Of a stretch of DNA of 64,000 nt, positions 58,554 through 64,000 are shown in pieces. The notes beneath the pieces were generated by a model. It saw only the letters and a program-made list of their open reading frames with translations. It had not been told where the DNA came from and searched no databases. Both the position numbers and the translations under genes were made by a program. The DNA lies in the NCBI GenBank assembly GCA_050331295.1, contig JBHJGZ010000003.1, forward strand, positions 53,459 through 117,458, written 5' to 3'. The stretch is from Myxococcota bacterium (GTDB lineage Bacteria; Myxococcota; Kuafuiibacteriia; Kuafuiibacteriales; Kuafuiibacteriaceae). Numbering within the stretch: the first letter of the stretch is position 1; the number at the start of each line of letters is the position of its first letter.

Positions 58554-60235
58554 GGGTCGCGCTGTGCCAAACCAACTCCACCGTCGGCGACCTGCCGGGA
58601 AACATGGAGCGCATACGCCGGGCAGCCTACGAAGCGTCGGACAACGGCGCACACCTCGCGGTTTTCCCGGAGCTCGTCCTGACTGGATATCCGCCATTGG
58701 ATCTCTTGGAACGCCCGACGTTCATCGAGGACGCCCGCCGTGCGTGCGCTCAGCTCGTCGACGCATTGCCCGAAGGCCTGACGGTGGTGTTTGGGACGGT
58801 TCGGCGCCGGCCAACCCCTCCCGTGGTCGGGCGCGCGCTTCAGAACATCGCGGTCATCGCCCAGCGAGGCTCGGTCCTCGGAACCGTCGTCAAGTCTCTC
58901 CTTCCCACCTACGACGTCTTCCACGAAGCGCGGTATTTCTCTCCAGCCGGTGCCCCTTCGCCCGTCTTCGAGGTCGCCGGCCGGCGGGTCGGCGTCACGA
59001 TTTGCGAAGACATCTGGAACGACGACGAAATGTGGCAAAACGATGATCTCTGGCGGGACAAGGCCCCCGGAAGTCACCGAATCTACGACCGCGACCCGCT
59101 GGCGGAGCTCGTGCGCCAACACGCACCGGACATCGTGGTGAATCTGTCTGCGTCACCTTGGTCTTGGGGCAAGGAGCAGGCGCGGCGCCGTCTGCTGAAA
59201 CACGTCGCGCGCCGCCACCGGATCTGGATGCTGTACGCCAATCTGGTCGGAGCAAACGATGGACTGATCTTCGACGGAAACAGCATGGCCTATGACCCGG
59301 CTGGGGTACACGTCGGCACCGGTCCGAGCTGGACCGAAGGTTCATTGTTGGTCGACCTGGAAGCCTCGTCGATGCGCATCGAACCGACCCGCGATGAGAG
59401 TCGAGAGATCCGCGCGGCGCTCAGCCTCGGGATTCGAGACTACCTCGAAAAGAGCGGGATTCCGCGGGCGATCATCGGTCTTTCGGGCGGGATCGATTCG
59501 GCGGTCACCGCGACCCTCGCAGTTCATGCTCTGGGTTCGGAGCGGGTCTTGGGGGTCGCGATGCCGAGTCGCGTCTCCAGCGAAGGTTCGGTTGCCGACG
59601 CCGCGGCGCTGGCCGGCAACCTCGGTATCCAAATGCATCAGGTGCCCATCGAACCGATCAATCAGGCGTTTCTCGAGGGTTTGGGCCCGCTCTTTGGCGA
59701 CCGACCCACCGACGTCACCGAAGAGAATCTCCAGAGTCGGATTCGCGGCGTGATCCTCATGGCCGTGAGCAACAAGTTCGGCGGCGTGGTCTTGAATACC
59801 GGCAACAAGAGCGAGGCCGCCGTCGGATACGCCACCATTTACGGCGACGCCATCGGTGCCCTTTCGGTACTCGGCGACCTCTACAAGCACCAGGTTTATC
59901 AACAGGCAGAGCTGGCCAACGAGGATGAGGAAGTCATTCCACGCTCGACGATCCGAAAGCCCCCTTCGGCTGAGCTACGACCCGACCAAAGGGATGAGGA
60001 TTCGCTTCCTCCGTATGACGTCCTCGATCCAATGCTTCGAATGTTTCTGGAGGCTCGCGCGACCCCCGAGGAGATCGCAACTGCGCTTTCGTTGGCCCCG
60101 AAGGAGGTCGACCAAGTCGTTCGGCTGGTGTACCAAGCCGAGTACAAGCGAAAGCAGTTTCCCCCCACTCTTCGGGTCAGCCGCAAAGCCTGGGTCGGTC
60201 GCCTCTTCCCCATCGTCAATCGCTTTCGACGGTGA
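58550..60235 (+). CDS. nadE: Glutamine-dependent NAD+ synthetase
   Basis: Nitrilase domain (FPEL..GYPP, ICED) plus GLSGGIDS, ENLQSR, TGNKSE, PSAEL. Confidence 0.96.
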   Translation: MRVALCQTNSTVGDLPGNMERIRRAAYEASDNGAHLAVFPELVLTGYPPLDLLERPTFIEDARRACAQLVDALPEGLTVVFGTVRRRPTPPVVGRALQNIAVIAQRGSVLGTVVKSLLPTYDVFHEARYFSPAGAPSPVFEVAGRRVGVTICEDIWNDDEMWQNDDLWRDKAPGSHRIYDRDPLAELVRQHAPDIVVNLSASPWSWGKEQARRRLLKHVARRHRIWMLYANLVGANDGLIFDGNSMAYDPAGVHVGTGPSWTEGSLLVDLEASSMRIEPTRDESREIRAALSLGIRDYLEKSGIPRAIIGLSGGIDSAVTATLAVHALGSERVLGVAMPSRVSSEGSVADAAALAGNLGIQMHQVPIEPINQAFLEGLGPLFGDRPTDVTEENLQSRIRGVILMAVSNKFGGVVLNTGNKSEAAVGYATIYGDAIGALSVLGDLYKHQVYQQAELANEDEEVIPRSTIRKPPSAELRPDQRDEDSLPPYDVLDPMLRMFLEARATPEEIATALSLAPKEVDQVVRLVYQAEYKRKQFPPTLRVSRKAWVGRLFPIVNRFRR

Positions 60236-60321
60236 GGTATCGCCCATCATCGATTTGCCGTTCTGAGGACCGATGACCCGTTTCGCTGGTCGCGAAGGAT
60301 CCGGGTTGAAAGTCTAAGTAT

Positions 60322-62619
60322 GTGGAAACCAAGCCTTCACTGAACGATCCGGCCCTCCTTCCATACCTACCTCTCGTCTACGTCGCTTGGGCCGACGGCG
60401 ACCTTACGGCGGATGAGCTGTCCACCATCCAAGGACGGATGCAGGCCGTCAACGACTTGGATCCTTCCGCTAAAGCGCTCCTCTGCGGATGGCTCGACCC
60501 CGACCATCCTCCGAGTGCGAGCGACATCTATCGATTGTTGGCCACCATTCAAGACCGGGCCACCGATCTGGGACAAAAGGAGCGGTGTTCGCTGTCGGAG
60601 CTCGGACAACGTTTGGGCAAGCCGGCCGGGCCCGAAGCACGTGCTCTCGAGGAGCTCGAGGCGGCCCTCGGGTTGGACGAGCCAGGTGCCGGTCTTCGGT
60701 TGCTCAGCCCATTCCGGCCCCGTTCTCCGGCACCCGTCGTCGAAAAGCCTCGTTTCGATGTCACTGCTTTGGCTCGCCATCTTGATGGCGAGCATCGCGC
60801 AATTCGGGAGGAGATTCGAAGCATCCTCAGCACCGATGAATTCACTCATGCCTACGATCTGAGTCGCGACGCCTTCCGCGAACGCGTCCTGAGATGGGTC
60901 AAGTCACTCGCCGCACGGGGCTACGGCGCCCTGTCCTTTCCCGAAGAGGCCGGTGGCTCCAATGACATCGCGGCTTTCGTAGCGGTGTTCGAAACCCTCT
61001 CGCACCACGACCTCAGCCTGACGGTCAAATTCGGGGTCCAGTTCGGTTTGTTTGGGGGCAGCATTCTCAATCTCGGCACCGAGAAGCACATCGGACTACT
61101 CAAAAGAGCCGGAACCCTCGAGCTCCCAGGATGCTTTGCCATGACCGAGATCGGGCACGGATCCAACGTTCGCGAGATCGAGACGACCGCCACCTACGAC
61201 CCGAGCACCGAAGAGTTCATCATCCACTCTCCCAGCGTGACGGCTGGAAAGAACTGGGTCGGGAACGCCGCAAAGCACGGTCAGATGGCCACCGTTTTCG
61301 CACAACTCCATGTCGCTGGGGAAAAGCATGGCGTCCACGCTCTGATGGTTCCCATCCGAGACGAAGATGGCAGAGAACGGCCGGGTGTCCGGACGGCCGA
61401 CAACGGACCCAAGATGGGTCTCGAGGGCGTGGATAACGGCCGTATCTGGTTCGATCAGGTCAGAGTGCCTAGAGCCGCTCTCCTCGATCGCTTTGCTCGG
61501 GTGACACGGGATGGCGTCTACGAAAGTCCGATCCCGAGTGAAACGAAGCGGTTCTTCACGATGGTCGGAACCCTCGTCGGCGGTCGGATCAGCATCGGAA
61601 CCTCCGGCGTGAGCGTCGCCAAGAATGCCCTCACCATCGCGATTCGGTACGCGGTGGCCCGCCGGCAATTCGGCGCACCGGGCGAGTCCGAGCTGAAAAT
61701 CATGGACTACCAGACCCACCAGCTCCGGTTGCTTCCGCTCCTGGCGAGAACGTATGCACTCCACTTTGCGATGCGCAAGGTGCTGGACATGTTCGTTCGG
61801 GCACGGGCCGCGCAAGATGATCTTCAGCCGGTTGAGGCGCTCGCGGCGGGCTTGAAGGCCTACGCCACGTGGCACGGTCGGGACACGATTCAGGTCGCGC
61901 GGGAGTGTTGCGGAGGTGAAGGCTTTGCCAGCGTGAATCGCTTGGGCGCCCTCAAGAGCGATTTCGAGATCTTCACGACCTTCGAGGGAGACAACACCGT
62001 TCTGGTCCAGCTTCTCACCCGGAGTCTGTTGTCGGGATACAAACGGCAGTTCGAAAACATGGATTTCTTGGGGCTCGTTCGTTTCGCGGGACAGTGGGCA
62101 TCGAAAGCGGCCGCACGACTGGACCCCACCGCAGGGCGAACCACCGATTCGAAGCAGCTCAGGTCGCGGGAGCATCACCTTCACGTCCTGCAGGTCCGCG
62201 AGCAGGACCTGCTCTCCTCGGTGGCCCGACGATTCAAGCAGCGGGTGGATGCCGGTCTCGATCCTTTTCATGCATTGAACCAGGTCCAGGACCACGTGGT
62301 CTCCACCGGGCTCGCCCACGTGGAGCGGGTCACCTACGAAGCCTTTTGCGCCGGCGTCGACGCATGCGAAGACCCTTCGCTCGAGGAGCCTTTGGACCGG
62401 CTGAGGGCCTTGTACGGGCTCCACTGTCTCATGGAGCACCGGGCGTGGTTCCTCGAGAATGGCTACTTCCAAGGGCCGCAAAGCCGGGCGCTCCGCGACG
62501 AAATGGCGGCGTTGTGCCTCGAGGTTCGAGAGGACGCGGTCGCCCTGGTCGACGCGTTCGGGATCCCGGATGCCATTCTCGGTGCCCCCATTGCCACCAC
62601 GCCGGAGGCGCGAAGTTGA
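60322..62619 (+). CDS. Acyl-CoA oxidase/dehydrogenase with N-terminal TerB-like extension
   Basis: GCFAMTEIGHGSN, KMGLEGVDNG, RRQFG, RECCGGEG, TFEGDNTVL; N-terminal YVAWADGDL. Confidence 0.88.
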   Translation: METKPSLNDPALLPYLPLVYVAWADGDLTADELSTIQGRMQAVNDLDPSAKALLCGWLDPDHPPSASDIYRLLATIQDRATDLGQKERCSLSELGQRLGKPAGPEARALEELEAALGLDEPGAGLRLLSPFRPRSPAPVVEKPRFDVTALARHLDGEHRAIREEIRSILSTDEFTHAYDLSRDAFRERVLRWVKSLAARGYGALSFPEEAGGSNDIAAFVAVFETLSHHDLSLTVKFGVQFGLFGGSILNLGTEKHIGLLKRAGTLELPGCFAMTEIGHGSNVREIETTATYDPSTEEFIIHSPSVTAGKNWVGNAAKHGQMATVFAQLHVAGEKHGVHALMVPIRDEDGRERPGVRTADNGPKMGLEGVDNGRIWFDQVRVPRAALLDRFARVTRDGVYESPIPSETKRFFTMVGTLVGGRISIGTSGVSVAKNALTIAIRYAVARRQFGAPGESELKIMDYQTHQLRLLPLLARTYALHFAMRKVLDMFVRARAAQDDLQPVEALAAGLKAYATWHGRDTIQVARECCGGEGFASVNRLGALKSDFEIFTTFEGDNTVLVQLLTRSLLSGYKRQFENMDFLGLVRFAGQWASKAAARLDPTAGRTTDSKQLRSREHHLHVLQVREQDLLSSVARRFKQRVDAGLDPFHALNQVQDHVVSTGLAHVERVTYEAFCAGVDACEDPSLEEPLDRLRALYGLHCLMEHRAWFLENGYFQGPQSRALRDEMAALCLEVREDAVALVDAFGIPDAILGAPIATTPEARS

Positions 62620-62759
62620 CAGCGGCGCCTGACCGTTCGCGGGCGGCCAGCCCTGACATCGGGCGAAAACCCTTAACCGGTCTCTTGCCTCGGGACCGAG
62701 TGCGAGGGCGCGATCCGGACTTGGCTTCAAGCCACGAGGCCGGGTTACAATTAGCTGCT

Positions 62760-63839
62760 GTGACAACACCCCGGCTCACGCTCGACGTGAACCTTCTTGC
62801 TCCAGCTGGTCGGATCCAAGGACCCGTCGATGGACTCCTGCTGCGGGTCCTCAAGGAGGAGCGAGATCTGACGGTCTTGCGCCTTTGGTTGGCCATGGCG
62901 CTGATTTACGTCCCCACCGGCGTCCTGCTCTTCGCCTGGGGCGACCCACCGCTGTGGGCCCACGCGGCGTACCTCGTTCTCACCTTCTACTTCGCCATAC
63001 CGCACATCCTGGCCATGCACGTGGCCGGTCATCGAGGTATCTTCAAGCCGCGCTATCGCTGGATGTACGACGCCGTCGTTTGGTTCATCGGGCCCTTCGC
63101 CGGTCAGTCTCCTGAAACCTATCGCGTTCACCACATGGGAATGCATCACCGGGAAGAGAACCTCGAAGGTGACTTGTCTTCGACCATGCTCTACCAGCGC
63201 GACCGTCTCTGCCACTTCGTGCACTACGTCCTTCGTTTCCTCATCTTCGGACTGGTCGATCTGGGCCGGTATCATCACAAGCGCGGGCATCGAAAAATGC
63301 TGCAGCGAATGGCCGCCGGAGAAGCGTACTACGTCGTCGTAGTGGGCACGGCGCTTTGGTTCAATCCCCCCGTCGCCTTGACCGTATTCATTCTTCCCCT
63401 GCTGGCGGCCCGGATCGGAATGATGTGTGGCAATTGGGCCCAGCACGCTTTTGTGGACGCCGAAGACCCAGCGTCGCCCTACAAGAGCAGCATCACCTGC
63501 ATCGACAACGGATACAATCGCCGCTGCTTCAACGACGGTTTTCACATCGGACACCACGTTCGGCCAAACCGGCACTGGTCGGAGATGCCCACGGACTTCC
63601 TCGACAATCTCGACGTCTATTCGAGGGAGGGCGCCGTCGTGTTTCGGGGTCTGGACTACTTTTGGGTTTGGCTGTTCCTGATGTTGCGGTGGCATCGCAA
63701 ACTCGCCGAGCATCTCGTCGACTTGCCGGGTCAGAACCAGAGCCTCGAGGAAAAGGTCGAGTTGCTTCGAAGTCGCTTGAGGCCGATCCACCGGGAGAAT
63801 GCGGCATTGTCCCTGGATGCCGACGGAGTCCGGGCGTGA
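62760..63839 (+). CDS. Fatty acid desaturase-family membrane protein
   Basis: His boxes HVAGH, HHMGMHH and HIGHH; NWAQHAF. GTG start inferred. Confidence 0.88.
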   Translation: MTTPRLTLDVNLLAPAGRIQGPVDGLLLRVLKEERDLTVLRLWLAMALIYVPTGVLLFAWGDPPLWAHAAYLVLTFYFAIPHILAMHVAGHRGIFKPRYRWMYDAVVWFIGPFAGQSPETYRVHHMGMHHREENLEGDLSSTMLYQRDRLCHFVHYVLRFLIFGLVDLGRYHHKRGHRKMLQRMAAGEAYYVVVVGTALWFNPPVALTVFILPLLAARIGMMCGNWAQHAFVDAEDPASPYKSSITCIDNGYNRRCFNDGFHIGHHVRPNRHWSEMPTDFLDNLDVYSREGAVVFRGLDYFWVWLFLMLRWHRKLAEHLVDLPGQNQSLEEKVELLRSRLRPIHRENAALSLDADGVRA

Positions 63840-64000
63840 CGGCCTCGATGTGGCGCAAGTGTTCGACCTGTAAAAGCCCCATCCTGACCGGCGAAATTCA
63901 CTTCGTGTGCAGCGTGAGCACGTGCACGCGACGAGGCACTGACTTCGTCTTCTGTAGCGTCAACTGCTGGGACGCTCACGTACCGATGATGCGGCACAAA
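63836..64000 (+). CDS. Cys-rich zinc-finger protein, probable N-terminus of a ZZ-type bacterial histone (truncated by window)
   Basis: GTG overlaps the desaturase stop (or ATG 63848): MWRKCSTCKSPILTGEIHFVCSVSTCTRRGTDFVFCSVNCWDAHVPMMRHK. Confidence 0.7.
   Translation, partial: MTASMWRKCSTCKSPILTGEIHFVCSVSTCTRRGTDFVFCSVNCWDAHVPMMRHK

Noticed and set aside
62721-62751. TTGGCT-N19-TACAAT with a TGGCTT-C-AAGCCA palindrome as a MerR-type promoter
   Set aside because: Weak -35, only 6-bp arms, and no similarity to the isc operator; the -10 alone may be real.

Overview
64 kb of GC-rich (roughly 63-65% by eye), densely coding bacterial chromosome. It looks like Myxococcota: there is a MYXO-CTERM-type protease, several eukaryote-like Ser/Thr kinases, an FHA-sigma54 activator and a zinc-ribbon envelope protein. 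I saw no rRNA, tRNA, CRISPR array, transposase, integrase or phage genes. Gene content: a Lol/MacB-like ABC exporter with a LolA-like protein and outer-membrane barrels; an isc operon (iscS-iscU-iscA-hscB-hscA); rfbB/cysQ; an AlkB-like dioxygenase; bolA; gloA; two more ABC systems; LysR/CmcJ; trxB; a Cys/Met PLP lyase; mutS2; rnj; tatA and tatBC; pncB-nadE; an acyl-CoA oxidase-like gene; a desaturase. Highlights: (1) the isc operon is headed by a Cys-rich MerR regulator with a 28-bp palindromic operator instead of IscR, and IscS carries a 50-aa insertion; (2) a Fur-box promoter precedes a candidate ~90-nt stem-loop sRNA upstream of trxB that is partly complementary to the iscS ribosome-binding site; (3) TatC has a pseudo-receiver domain inserted in its first periplasmic loop; (4) a pseudokinase and a degenerate beta-CASP protein with a clamp-binding-like tail; (5) the N-terminal zinc finger of a probable ZZ-type bacterial histone at the right edge. 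Family assignments come from motif recognition only; no searches were run.
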